Positions 9,801-17,297 of a DNA stretch of 37,372 nucleotides are shown piece by piece. This DNA is from a virus (Duplodnaviria; Caudoviricetes), in IMG/VR virus record IMGVR_UViG_3300048574_000414, positions 1 to 37,372 of that record; one strand, written 5' to 3'. The notes under the pieces are model-generated. The model did not search any database. It saw nothing but the letters and a program-made list of their open reading frames with translations, and was not told the origin of the DNA. A program made the translations under genes and the position numbers. How positions within the stretch are numbered: the first letter of the stretch is position 1; each line of letters opens with the position of its first letter.

Positions 9801-10818
9801 TTGCTTTTAATCCAAGTAGCTTCTCTCGAACGTCTAATTCGTCCTGTAAGGCTTTAACTGTTTCAAGTATAGCTTCACCTTCGTCGGTATATCCCTTAAT
9901 AGTATTTGGAAAAAGCGATGCCAGCTGCTCTTTTGCTTCTTTTACCTTTTCAGTGTCGGCGGTCTGGTCTCGAAGGACACTTATGTACCGCTGCGCGGAT
10001 GCCAGATCGCTGTCAACCAAAGTGTATGATCCGACTGCTTCAGACGCCATCTTTTGGGCTTCTTCCTTTGCCTTCGCAATACCGGATAGAATTTCCGTAA
10101 TTACGGTAATTACAATGGCCGCGCCGCCGATAGCGGTTGTGATCCCGGCTGCCATTTTTCCAGCGGTTTTTGCTGTCTCAGTAAAACCCTGTTTCAAGTA
10201 CCGCACCTGCATTGCCAAGGCGGATATTTTTCCAAGCGCTCCACCGCTTACAGAAGATACAGACGCAAGAGCCATAGCAACTGCGTCGATACCCATTTTA
10301 TTTTGGGCATATTGCTGATTTATCTGTGTTGCTTTACCATTGTCAACCATAGCATTTGTGACTTGTTGCTTTTTGACTTGCAGATTTTGAAGTGCGGCTT
10401 GGGCTTCATTGGCTGATTTTGCCAGCGCTGCCAAATGGGCGTCGCCTTCGGCGCCGGAAGTATTTGCGCCGCTTGCTTCTATTCTATCCCATATCTCCGC
10501 ATATTCATTAAGCTCCTGTTCAGCTGCTTGTAATACAAGCTGCTGCTTTTTTATACTATTTTCTATTTTATTAAACTCATTATAAAGGCGGTCAAACGAC
10601 ATCCCGTTATATTGGTTGCTCATCATCTGCCCGGATACCCGCGCAGCGTCCACAGCAGAGCTCATTGATTTTTGTATAGCTTGAGCTCCGGACTGCAGCT
10701 TTTGTTGTGTTCCCTGAACTGCCTGGCCGGTCTGCCTCAGCATATTCACAGCGCCTTTAGTGGCTTGATCAAAGCCGTCAGCTTTCGCTTGCAACCAAAA
10801 AATTAACTCCTCTATCAT
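6886..10818 (-). CDS. Tail tape measure protein
   Basis: 1310 aa, Ala/Gln/Glu-rich coiled coil, hydrophobic segments, poly-Gly linker, ~51-aa internal repeats; AGGAGGTG RBS; follows the tail chaperones. Confidence 0.9.
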   Translation of the reverse strand: MIEELIFWLQAKADGFDQATKGAVNMLRQTGQAVQGTQQKLQSGAQAIQKSMSSAVDAARVSGQMMSNQYNGMSFDRLYNEFNKIENSIKKQQLVLQAAEQELNEYAEIWDRIEASGANTSGAEGDAHLAALAKSANEAQAALQNLQVKKQQVTNAMVDNGKATQINQQYAQNKMGIDAVAMALASVSSVSGGALGKISALAMQVRYLKQGFTETAKTAGKMAAGITTAIGGAAIVITVITEILSGIAKAKEEAQKMASEAVGSYTLVDSDLASAQRYISVLRDQTADTEKVKEAKEQLASLFPNTIKGYTDEGEAILETVKALQDELDVREKLLGLKANEAATDAKILADLWKQQKAQEQFNAGLAAEKEAGWQNSTGAASFNAGIDAYGFLGGWVNSLWKKAFENTDQLKSAAAHSETEAYQTFFDYRNALLANVENLFGKDVAVEMGEPIRALWASIDEALSKGDISRGDVFGAMTEKLDILSIVQDKIAEAEAGGKELSTALQSMIITAAMNLETADPAQIQGIIDKLFSIDENTIAAENIPKIAALRGQLIAALGSAEGADTVTSTDVINNILNAILGDAAQQEAFTKAEALKQKINEGLATTGEMNQYDTLTGSLINGFVNAQITANNAVKAGTPGAEKLGSVIGDLAKDYTKTAAELKKMTNEQRAAERQEARTKRSVDEINNVLDDFESGGKKAVDRTKDLVDEMRDIGQQKKAVDMLKNTTKGTKEWKEAVDALTDAGFDTSQITDDLASVDQAIADDENAFINLLNTIAASSGVTFNPDTSQFVSIQGAADTTAAKIANVLNWLKGMDGAGLKMDATGTIQAVNLPSGLGRGGGGGGGGGGGGSKTNKALQKELDQIEYKKSLDQLTYAQEIDLLEKALKKYAKTTDEKRDLTEKLYALRKEKFEADLEYKKAMDQLTLREEIAAMETELKEYKKGTQARRDMETELYSLKKELARQEYDLKVYYGQLTLEEQAAALKKMISQYKKGTEERIDLEKELYDVQQEIRDANIEQIDRLMDGITEALQNRYEEQRAAEEKRINDSIDAWQDWGDAQKEAIQEQIDAIDDLTENEDRAEEERQKRRKIAALEQQLQYEQDEYNRKKLQEQLAKAQDELSSWLTRNSREDLKEALQDQMTAIDDQVKAEQDKLDDQLDASNEYYDKLLEQQQLQAEAQRILMNSSQQQIIDLLKGYAPDYNATGQSLGEQLVDGFTKKVGDLDTWFESFTKKITDAQKQIASVATAAANQFYQTNATAQTTGASSASQSSGQKSYNIQLVFNQPVQSPVEISRELERLIEDLSNQ

Positions 10819-10840
10819 TTTGCCACCTCCTTTTTGTATT

Positions 10841-10865
10841 AAAAAAACACCCCGGAGGATGTTTT
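10841..10865 (-). terminator. Intrinsic terminator after the membrane moron, upstream of the tape measure gene
   Basis: Minus strand AACATCC-TCCG-GGGTGTT followed by a T run. Confidence 0.7.
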
Positions 10866-10892
10866 GAGGATTGAAAAAATTTAATCTATTGT

Positions 10893-11198
10893 TTACTCTA
10901 TACTCTTTTCCTCAATCTTTAAGTGTTGCATTATTATATCCAGTTTTTTCAAAGCCTTTGAAATGCCTTTTAAAATACCATGCACAAACAGCGTCCCCAT
11001 TAAGATTACAAGGGCATACACCAGGCCTACAAATATAGCGCCTCCATCCGACATTCTCGTTGCAATATCACGGGCAGCATTGTTCATATTATATGCTATG
11101 AAAACAACCAACGCCGAAACACAACCGAGCCATAACGCCCAATCACTAAGTGAATCAATGTATTTTGCCCAATTGAAATCTTTTTTTACTTTGTTCAT
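10893..11198 (-). CDS. Two-TM membrane protein, moron (possible superinfection exclusion)
   Basis: Two hydrophobic helices, AT-rich, GGAGG RBS, inserted between the chaperone and tape measure genes, own terminator and an upstream TGgTAAAAT extended -10. Confidence 0.65.
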   Translation of the reverse strand: MNKVKKDFNWAKYIDSLSDWALWLGCVSALVVFIAYNMNNAARDIATRMSDGGAIFVGLVYALVILMGTLFVHGILKGISKALKKLDIIMQHLKIEEKSIE

Positions 11199-11230
11199 AT
11201 ATTTTCCTCCAAAACCTTGCTACCTATATT

Positions 11231-11455
11231 TTACCAGTCATTGGAGTCAATTTCTATAACTTTTTCTTTTTGGTCTGATACAGTATGCATTTCGTTATAT
11301 TGATCCAAAACTGTTAGGAATTCGTCAATAAAATAATCGTTTAAGAGGCTGTTTTTGCTGATGCCGATGTCCTCGGCAATAGCGATCCAACGCTGGAGCC
11401 AGAAATCAGTGTGGGCAGCTTCGCCTTGATCAGCTCCCACACGCTGCCGAAAAAA
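11231..11455 (-). CDS. Tail assembly chaperone extension (gpT-like), reached by -1 frameshift
   Basis: Open -1 frame from the slippery heptamer T TTT TTC (11455-11449) to TAA at 11231; encodes ...DFWLQRWIAIAEDIGISKNSLLNDYFIDEF... Confidence 0.65.
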   Translation of the reverse strand, partial: FFRQRVGADQGEAAHTDFWLQRWIAIAEDIGISKNSLLNDYFIDEFLTVLDQYNEMHTVSDQKEKVIEIDSNDW

Positions 11456-11832
11456 TCCGTCAAGTCGTTTAGCTTCCAAAAATCCTTTACAACATCTTTC
11501 AGCTCTTTTGGGGTAAGGTTTTCCATCGCTGTTTCTATTGGTATTCCGACAATAGAACAAAGCGCCTCCACAATATGGGAGGGGAGAACAATAATTAAAC
11601 GGCCAATCAGAGCCATAAGCATTGCCTGGTCAGTAGATGTTAATATAGCAATAATATCCGCAATACTTTTTCCGGGAAAGCATTCTTCCACAAGCAGGCG
11701 CGGAAGGTCTTCCATTTCTTTCATTGCCTTGATGTATTGGCCTACCGGTACTTTTTTTATTTCAATGCCGTGGATCCGCATTGCCTGAGGCAGGCTCATA
11801 TCCGTACTTTTCTTTTTATTAAATATACTCAT
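11341..11832 (-). CDS. Tail assembly chaperone (gpG-like)
   Basis: Between the major tail and tape measure genes; GGAGG RBS; contains an in-frame slippery site. Confidence 0.75.
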   Translation of the reverse strand: MSIFNKKKSTDMSLPQAMRIHGIEIKKVPVGQYIKAMKEMEDLPRLLVEECFPGKSIADIIAILTSTDQAMLMALIGRLIIVLPSHIVEALCSIVGIPIETAMENLTPKELKDVVKDFWKLNDLTDFFGSVWELIKAKLPTLISGSSVGSLLPRTSASAKTAS

Positions 11833-11843
11833 GTTTTACCTCC

Positions 11844-11878
11844 AAAAAAATTTACAGGGGATGGAAGCCCATCCCCTT
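11844..11878 (-). terminator. Hairpin/terminator after the major tail gene
   Basis: AGGGGATGG-GCTT-CCATCCCCT stem followed by GTAAATTTTTTT (the T run is slightly offset). Confidence 0.6.
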
Positions 11879-11894
11879 TTAAAACATTCTGTGA

Positions 11895-12461
11895 TCAGCC
11901 GCCTTCAACGGGCAGATTGTCAATGGTGTTCAGCCAGTCGTATGTGCCGTCGCTGCCGTCTTTTACAAACCGGACCGCGCCGTCGGCTACGCGCTGCGTG
12001 TTGCGGAACTTCAGCTTATATGCAGAAATCTCCGTTTTTTCACCTTTGGTTGTATGATCCACCTTTACGGAAAGCAACTTTATGCAGTAGTGTTTGAACA
12101 TCCTGTATTGCCCTCCCGCCTGCGCTGCTGCATATCCGACAGCATACTCCGGTGCCGCATCCGTGTTTTTAAAGAGATATGTCTTATCAGCCTCGACATA
12201 CGTCCCGCCAGCAAGTTTTGATTCAATCAAAAGAGGCAATTCTGCTACGGTAACCTCCAGATCTTCATACTGGTATTCAGTCCCGGTGTCATACACGCCA
12301 TCGTCGGCGTAAACCGTGAAGTCGCTTGCCTGTACGTCTTTTGTCAGGTTCTGTGCGCTGGGTATTGCAAACATTGTGCCCGTGGTATAGGCTGCGGCAG
12401 TGTTCGCCGATACAGGCCACATTCTTATGCCGCAAAATCCTTTTAATGCAAGTTTCGTCAT
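11895..12461 (-). CDS. Major tail (tube) protein
   Basis: VYADDGVYDTG...LEVTVAELP...APEYAVGY phi13-like major tail motifs; no sheath gene present. Confidence 0.85.
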   Translation of the reverse strand: MTKLALKGFCGIRMWPVSANTAAAYTTGTMFAIPSAQNLTKDVQASDFTVYADDGVYDTGTEYQYEDLEVTVAELPLLIESKLAGGTYVEADKTYLFKNTDAAPEYAVGYAAAQAGGQYRMFKHYCIKLLSVKVDHTTKGEKTEISAYKLKFRNTQRVADGAVRFVKDGSDGTYDWLNTIDNLPVEGG

Positions 12462-12475
12462 ATTATCATCCTTTC

Positions 12476-12859
12476 TTATTGATCGTCAGGCCCCCACATG
12501 GAGACCTCTAAGTAATAAACCGTCCTTCCGGCCTCGTCCGCAGTCATTTTCTTTGGTCCTGCGATGGGGCGGACAATACACCATCTTTTTTCAGTCAGCC
12601 AGATTATGTTTTCGTCCATGCCGCTGTCGAGCAACTTATATAGCTCCGCAGCTATCCTGTTTGCATCGTCGCCATCCGGCCGACGTACCTGTATTTGAAT
12701 GTACCGTGTGCTGCAGCCGTCGCTGGCAATAGGCGGCCGGTTTGACCAAAGGAATAATGCGATACATTCATCCGGCTGATCGGGCAGCGTGTCACGGAAA
12801 ATATCCGTATAGCTTTTGCCCGTTAAATAGGTCTTTAAATCCTCTAAAAACAGTGTTAT
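12476..12859 (-). CDS. Tail terminator/minor capsid-type neck protein (missed by the ORF track; non-canonical start ATA 12859 or CTG 12853)
   Basis: Hand translation gives an open frame LFLEDLKTYLTGKSYTDIFRDTLPDQPDECIALF...YIQIQVRR...AAELYKLLD...WGPDDQ* that fills the gap between the gp10-like and major tail genes. Confidence 0.75.
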   Translation of the reverse strand: MTLFLEDLKTYLTGKSYTDIFRDTLPDQPDECIALFLWSNRPPIASDGCSTRYIQIQVRRPDGDDANRIAAELYKLLDSGMDENIIWLTEKRWCIVRPIAGPKKMTADEAGRTVYYLEVSMWGPDDQ

Positions 12860-12865
12860 ATCTCA

Positions 12866-13327
12866 TCACTCCTTTAAGCCATTACTTATCGTTTTAGCTA
12901 AATGTTCAGCCCACTTATCCTTGTTTTCGGCGACAACAGATTCAAGGTATTTTGCCTGACCACCTAATGAATGGTTAAATTCCATATGCTCATGCTGTAC
13001 AAAGGCATATGGCGAGGTAAACCCTATTCCAGCCTTAACTACGTTTCCTGCTGGTTCTCCTGGACTTCCAAGTATTTGAATTCCTGCGCTTCCGTCTTCG
13101 TTTCCCATGGCAACGGTAGCGCCATTCACTTCTGCAAACCCGCTGCCGCGAAGGTCGCCGGTTTCCACAGGCGCGCGTTCTACGGCGCGGCCGATGCAGT
13201 CAATGGCAATATCCGTCACTGCCTGCGTGCTGGCCGTTTCGACGTTCTCCACAATGCGATCCAGCTTGTCCTGTATGCCCTTCATTGCAGCGGCATAATC
13301 TGCGGGGGATTTGATCACCCAAGCCAT
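12866..13327 (-). CDS. HK97 gp10-like neck/tail completion protein
   Basis: APVETGDLRGS, YAFVQHE and GGQAKYLE motifs. Confidence 0.8.
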   Translation of the reverse strand: MAWVIKSPADYAAAMKGIQDKLDRIVENVETASTQAVTDIAIDCIGRAVERAPVETGDLRGSGFAEVNGATVAMGNEDGSAGIQILGSPGEPAGNVVKAGIGFTSPYAFVQHEHMEFNHSLGGQAKYLESVVAENKDKWAEHLAKTISNGLKE

Positions 13328-13662
13328 CAGATATACACCTCCCGATAAAGTTCGTTACCGGTGGTAAGCCCATAGATAATCTTTCGGGCAATCACCGGCC
13401 ATTCCCGGCTGTCCCATACAATGATGTCTCCGGGTTCGATTGCTTCAGCGGTCAAAACAAGGCTTACGCTCAGTACCTTTTCGCCTTTTTCGTTTGTGAC
13501 AAGGCTCTTTTTCTGATCCACGCGCCCGGAGGCGATTTGCGGATCAGCCGGCCGCGCCGGATTGTAAACAGCCGCGCCGTTGTCTTTCGTAGAAACACGG
13601 CGGCGCCAACCAAAACGCTGGGAAGCGTAAGCGTCGATAATGCTGTTAGGCAAAGGGAACAC
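13327..13662 (-). CDS. Head closure/head-tail joining protein
   Basis: Position in the neck module; LVTNEKGEKVLS...IEPGDIIVWDSREWPV pattern. Confidence 0.65.
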   Translation of the reverse strand: MFPLPNSIIDAYASQRFGWRRRVSTKDNGAAVYNPARPADPQIASGRVDQKKSLVTNEKGEKVLSVSLVLTAEAIEPGDIIVWDSREWPVIARKIIYGLTTGNELYREVYI

Positions 13663-14098
13663 CCCCAGTAATGAAGGGGCGAAGCAGCCGCTGGGCTACT
13701 GTGCTGAAAAGAGGCGTTTGTGTGTTTTGAACATACGTTTCAGACAGGCTGCCGGCACTAAACGATTGGATCCCTTGCGCCTGCAGTTGCGCGCGCTTTT
13801 CAGCTTCAGCCGATATCCCGATCCCGGTGCATGCTTCCAGCGCCTGCGCGATCTTCACAGATTGCGGTACCGCCGTTTTCCCATATCTCGGGAACTGCAG
13901 CGCCTGGTCTTTTTCCGCTTTCCGCCCGGTGAATATCTGCGCATCGATCCGGATGAGCCCCTGCTTCAGATGCACGCCCTTGTCCGCGTCGCTGAGCGCG
14001 TCCCAGGCCATCCGCGGCGCATCGGAGGATAACAGGTATCCTGCGATGATCTCTTCGGCCTCTTCGAGTGTGATATAGGTATCTTGTCCAACGGTCAT
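13646..14098 (-). CDS. Head-tail connector (adaptor) protein
   Basis: YITLEEAEE...DQALQFPR...VKIAQALEA...SFSAGSLSETY motifs. AAGGAAG RBS supports start at 14098 (MTVGQDTY), not 14236. Confidence 0.75.
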   Translation of the reverse strand: MTVGQDTYITLEEAEEIIAGYLLSSDAPRMAWDALSDADKGVHLKQGLIRIDAQIFTGRKAEKDQALQFPRYGKTAVPQSVKIAQALEACTGIGISAEAEKRAQLQAQGIQSFSAGSLSETYVQNTQTPLFSTVAQRLLRPFITGGVPFA

Positions 14099-14111
14099 GC
14101 TTTCACTTCCT

Positions 14112-14810
14112 TTATAAGGTTTTAATGCGTTTGTTCCCGGCGTCCACGTATTCACGCACCAGTTCAATGCCCGTAGCGTCATAGCCTTCAATTTTAGCTG
14201 CTTCCAGCGTCGTTCCTGATCCTGCAAACGGATCAAGAATATGGCCGCCTGGTTCGCAGATATGAATGATATCTTTCATCAACTCTAAAGGCTTTTCTGT
14301 TTGATGGATACGTCGTTGAGGCATGGCATACCGAAATACGCCGGGTAAGAATGGTGCCTCTCGTGTAGAGGGCATAGGTCCGTTGCTGCCCCAAACGATG
14401 AATTCCGCTTGCTGCCGGAAGCGGCCCTTTTGCGGCCGGCTGTTTAGCTTGTCCCATACCGCCACGCCGCGCCATATCCATCCGGCCCATTGCATTGCAT
14501 CCGTAAGCGCGGGAAGCTGCCGCCAGTCAATAAATAAACAGATCGGTGCGCCCGGCTTACATACGCGCCGGGCGTCGATCATCCATTCCGTCATCCATCG
14601 CGTCCAGCTGCGTTGATCCTTCGCGTCGCCTTCAAAGTCGGGGAAGGGGCAATCCTTTTTATGGCTGGTATATTTCTTGCTGGTAGGCTGGGCGCGGCTG
14701 TCTTTACTCATGCCGCCGCTGGCATACGGCGGATCGGTGATCACAGCATCGAAAGTTCCTTTTTCAAAACAGGCAATAACATTCCATGCGTCACCGTGAA
14801 TTATCTGAAT
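14112..14810 (-). CDS. Beta-class N6A/N4C DNA methyltransferase (orphan)
   Basis: DPPY catalytic motif before HQTEKP and LDPFAGSGTT SAM-binding motif. The frame extends upstream to IQIIHGDAW, and a probable ATT start at 14810 lies 6 nt after GAAAGGAAGG. Confidence 0.88.
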   Translation of the reverse strand: MQIIHGDAWNVIACFEKGTFDAVITDPPYASGGMSKDSRAQPTSKKYTSHKKDCPFPDFEGDAKDQRSWTRWMTEWMIDARRVCKPGAPICLFIDWRQLPALTDAMQWAGWIWRGVAVWDKLNSRPQKGRFRQQAEFIVWGSNGPMPSTREAPFLPGVFRYAMPQRRIHQTEKPLELMKDIIHICEPGGHILDPFAGSGTTLEAAKIEGYDATGIELVREYVDAGNKRIKTL

Positions 14811-14838
14811 AAAAATCCTTCCTTTCTGCTTTTTTACT

Positions 14839-15384
14839 CTAAGCCTTAGCCGTCACCGTCTGGTGTCCGGCGGCTATAGCTTTACCGTTCGCATCTTTCT
14901 TTGCAACGGTAATAATGCTGCCTGTCGCGGCAGTAATATCGCCGCCGCTTGTTAACGACGCCCAGTGCGATACATCGTCGAGGTACAGCGGCGTTTTATC
15001 CGCAGTATCAACAATGTATACCAACGGGCCGGTCGAAGGTGTTACGGTTATCTTCGTATCCCCGGATGCCGTTCCTGCTACCGAGGCCACTGTCAGGTCT
15101 GCCATCAGCTTGTCGTCGGCAAACGTCTCGATGGCGCGGACAATTTCCTGTTTGGTTGCATCGGCATCCACGGTAATACTTAAATACCCGCATATCTCCA
15201 CCAATTGCGTGAGGGAAAGCTTGTCCCATATCGTCAGCTCATGCTTGTTTGCGTCAATTGAATATTCTTTCGACGCAAAATAGCTGGTGTCGCCGCCATA
15301 TGGCATAGCCGCGGCGCCGTTGAAAAAATCAACGGTGCCGGGCAAAAAGTTATGGTCTTCATTGGGGCTGTAAATTCTCGGCAT
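14839..15384 (-). CDS. Capsid-associated/decoration-like protein
   Basis: Directly after the major capsid gene; C-terminal LTVASVAGTASGDTKITVTP...AIAAGHQTVTAK Ig-like segment typical of phage structural proteins. Confidence 0.6.
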   Translation of the reverse strand: MPRIYSPNEDHNFLPGTVDFFNGAAAMPYGGDTSYFASKEYSIDANKHELTIWDKLSLTQLVEICGYLSITVDADATKQEIVRAIETFADDKLMADLTVASVAGTASGDTKITVTPSTGPLVYIVDTADKTPLYLDDVSHWASLTSGGDITAATGSIITVAKKDANGKAIAAGHQTVTAKA

Positions 15385-15396
15385 ATCCTATCCCTC

Positions 15397-16344
15397 CTAC
15401 GCGGAAATTTTGACTTTGCGCAATACGCCGGCGGAGCGTGTGGATTTCACGGCCATTGCGGCCACCATTTCCACTTCGCCTTTTTTTACGGCGCCGGGCG
15501 CTTTCAGGTCTGGCAGATAAATATCTGCAACCTTGTCCCCAGAAGGCGATGCGGCGTGCACACCGTCCAGGCCAAGCCGGACAGTGTAAATGGATGTCTC
15601 GCCGTTGGCCGTAGAAATTACAGGGTTAGCCGTTCCGGGTTTGTCCCCGAGCTGCATGACAAGTGCCGGACCCCACTGAACCACTTCATCCCCATAGTTC
15701 TGCTTGCTTGCGAGGTTAATTCCGGCTCTGTCCATCACAGACTGAAATACTGCGAACATGTCCGCATTCATCAGCCACAGGGAGGGAGCGCCATCCAGCA
15801 GCGCCCGCAGTCTGCGCATCGCGTCAAGGAAGGCTTTCCAGCCGGTATCAATTTTTGCGGAGGTGGAAAGATCAATTGCTGCGCTCGGTGTCAGTTCTGT
15901 CGAGCTTCCCGAAATGGCCTTGTCGAGGCCGTCAAACTTGTTTGCATCCACACCACTGTCGCCATTGATGAACATGTCATGGAAAAGCGCGATCGTGGCT
16001 TTTGTCTTTTGCTGCGTTTGAAAATGAATATGCTCAACAACCTTTTTTTCGTCGTTGATGATCACGCGGTCAATGTTGAAAGCTCCGCCGAACACCTTAA
16101 GATTGACGGTATAAGGCTCCGTTTTTGCTTCCTGCGCATCGTACTCGCTTCCGATCGCGCGCGCGGCTGCCGTGGGCAGCGTGGTTACGCGGTTATAAAC
16201 ATAACCGAGCGTGGTTCCGCCCGAGGGTGACACCGTATTGTCAAACGGCAGCATGTCGAGCAAGGCCGACTTTCTGAATTCGTCGATAACAAACCCCGTC
16301 AGTTTGTCCTGGGATAAAGCTTTTGCATCTGCTAATGTAAGCAT
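15397..16344 (-). CDS. Major capsid protein
   Basis: MLTLADAK...VIDEFRKSALLDMLPFD...FINGD...FDGLDK; follows the scaffold gene; AGGAG RBS. Confidence 0.9.
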   Translation of the reverse strand: MLTLADAKALSQDKLTGFVIDEFRKSALLDMLPFDNTVSPSGGTTLGYVYNRVTTLPTAAARAIGSEYDAQEAKTEPYTVNLKVFGGAFNIDRVIINDEKKVVEHIHFQTQQKTKATIALFHDMFINGDSGVDANKFDGLDKAISGSSTELTPSAAIDLSTSAKIDTGWKAFLDAMRRLRALLDGAPSLWLMNADMFAVFQSVMDRAGINLASKQNYGDEVVQWGPALVMQLGDKPGTANPVISTANGETSIYTVRLGLDGVHAASPSGDKVADIYLPDLKAPGAVKKGEVEMVAAMAVKSTRSAGVLRKVKISA

Positions 16345-16376
16345 AAAAAATTACTCTCCTTTGCTTTTTTCTTTAT

Positions 16377-16955
16377 TTAGGAAATACGCTCTTTGATAGC
16401 ATCTCCGAAGGTTGAGCCCTGATCGCCTTTTGCAGGCGGGGGAGGATTTCCACCCGCGCCGGGTACCGAAGGCTGCGCAAACGCCCATTTCTTGCTATCC
16501 TGCAGCGCCTTGATCTGTTCGTCCGCGCCGATCAGGTTTTCTCCGTCCAGGCTGATCTTGTTCATATCCAGCAGGGCTTTAACCGCCACATTGTCAACTG
16601 CTTTTACCTCGAACAGCTTCCGATCCAGAGCGGCATCCAGCTGCGCGGCCTTCAGTTTGTTTTCATAATCAGTCTTGAACGCGGTATTTTCGTTCTGCAA
16701 TTCGGCGATTTTTGCCTTCAACGTCTCGTTGTCGCCTGCGGATTTCTTTAACGTCTCCAGCTGGCTGTCGCGATCGGCGATCTGTGTCTCCAAGTCCTTT
16801 TTTATCTGTTCCGCTGCCGTAAATTTTCCCTTGTCGACATAACCGCCTTCGGCCAGATTTGCAAGCTTGACCTTATCATTGCCTTTCAGTTTTTCCGCTA
16901 CCTGGTTGTACAACTCTTCGCCCAAATGTTCTTTTAAAAATTCCATAGATTTCAT
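16377..16955 (-). CDS. Capsid scaffold protein (Phage GP20-like)
   Basis: YVDKGKF...coiled coil...VKALLDM.KI..DGE.LIG.DEQIK.L....WAF pattern; directly upstream of the capsid gene. Confidence 0.8.
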   Translation of the reverse strand: MKSMEFLKEHLGEELYNQVAEKLKGNDKVKLANLAEGGYVDKGKFTAAEQIKKDLETQIADRDSQLETLKKSAGDNETLKAKIAELQNENTAFKTDYENKLKAAQLDAALDRKLFEVKAVDNVAVKALLDMNKISLDGENLIGADEQIKALQDSKKWAFAQPSVPGAGGNPPPPAKGDQGSTFGDAIKERIS

Positions 16956-16989
16956 CCTTCCTTTTTTTGTTTTTCTGCTACCCGAAGAT

Positions 16990-17056
16990 TTGGTTTAAAC
17001 GCCGGTCGACTCCGGCCGCGGGCATCCTGCATTTAAAGCCCGGCAGGAAGGGGCAA
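16990..17056 (-). promoter_or_regulatory. Structured 5' leader of the scaffold gene (pseudoknot plus hairpin)
   Basis: Minus strand: TCCTGC/GCAGGA stem whose loop CGGGC pairs with downstream GCCCG, then a GCCGG-AGTCGA-CCGGC hairpin. Confidence 0.5.
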
Positions 17057-17065
17057 CTTTTTTGT

Positions 17066-17090
17066 ATAAAAATAACGCCCGTGAAAGGCG
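17066..17090 (-). terminator. Intrinsic terminator after the minor head/partner gene pair
   Basis: CGCCT-TTCAC-GGGCG followed by TTATTTTT. Confidence 0.65.
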
Positions 17091-17114
17091 CTATGAATAC
17101 CTGTTTAAATCCTG

Positions 17115-17297
17115 TTAAACAGCCCTATTCAATGGCTTAAATAACTCTGGTGGAAATAGGTAGTCCTCCTCCGTATCGTCTTTTATGCGATACCAGCCGA
17201 TTTCTACGGATATAACGGAATAGACCTTCCCAACAGTAAGGCTTATTTCGTTTCCCTCGTTATTAATACACTTAACTTTGCTTTGTGCCATCGTCAA
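17115..17297 (-). CDS. Small putative immunity/antitoxin protein
   Basis: 60 aa, overlaps the end of the toxin-like minor head gene; KVKCIN...SLTVGKVYSV...YRIKDDTEEDYLFPPELF. Confidence 0.6.
   Translation of the reverse strand: MTMAQSKVKCINNEGNEISLTVGKVYSVISVEIGWYRIKDDTEEDYLFPPELFKPLNRAV

Noticed and set aside
14112-14810. Restriction-modification system
   Set aside because: No endonuclease nearby; the methyltransferase is an orphan among head genes.
15352-16230. Long plus-strand ORFs such as 15352-16230, 1458-2141, 9731-10318, 21128-21664 and minus-strand 35894-36475
   Set aside because: Antisense shadows of well-supported genes, with no RBS or recognisable motifs.
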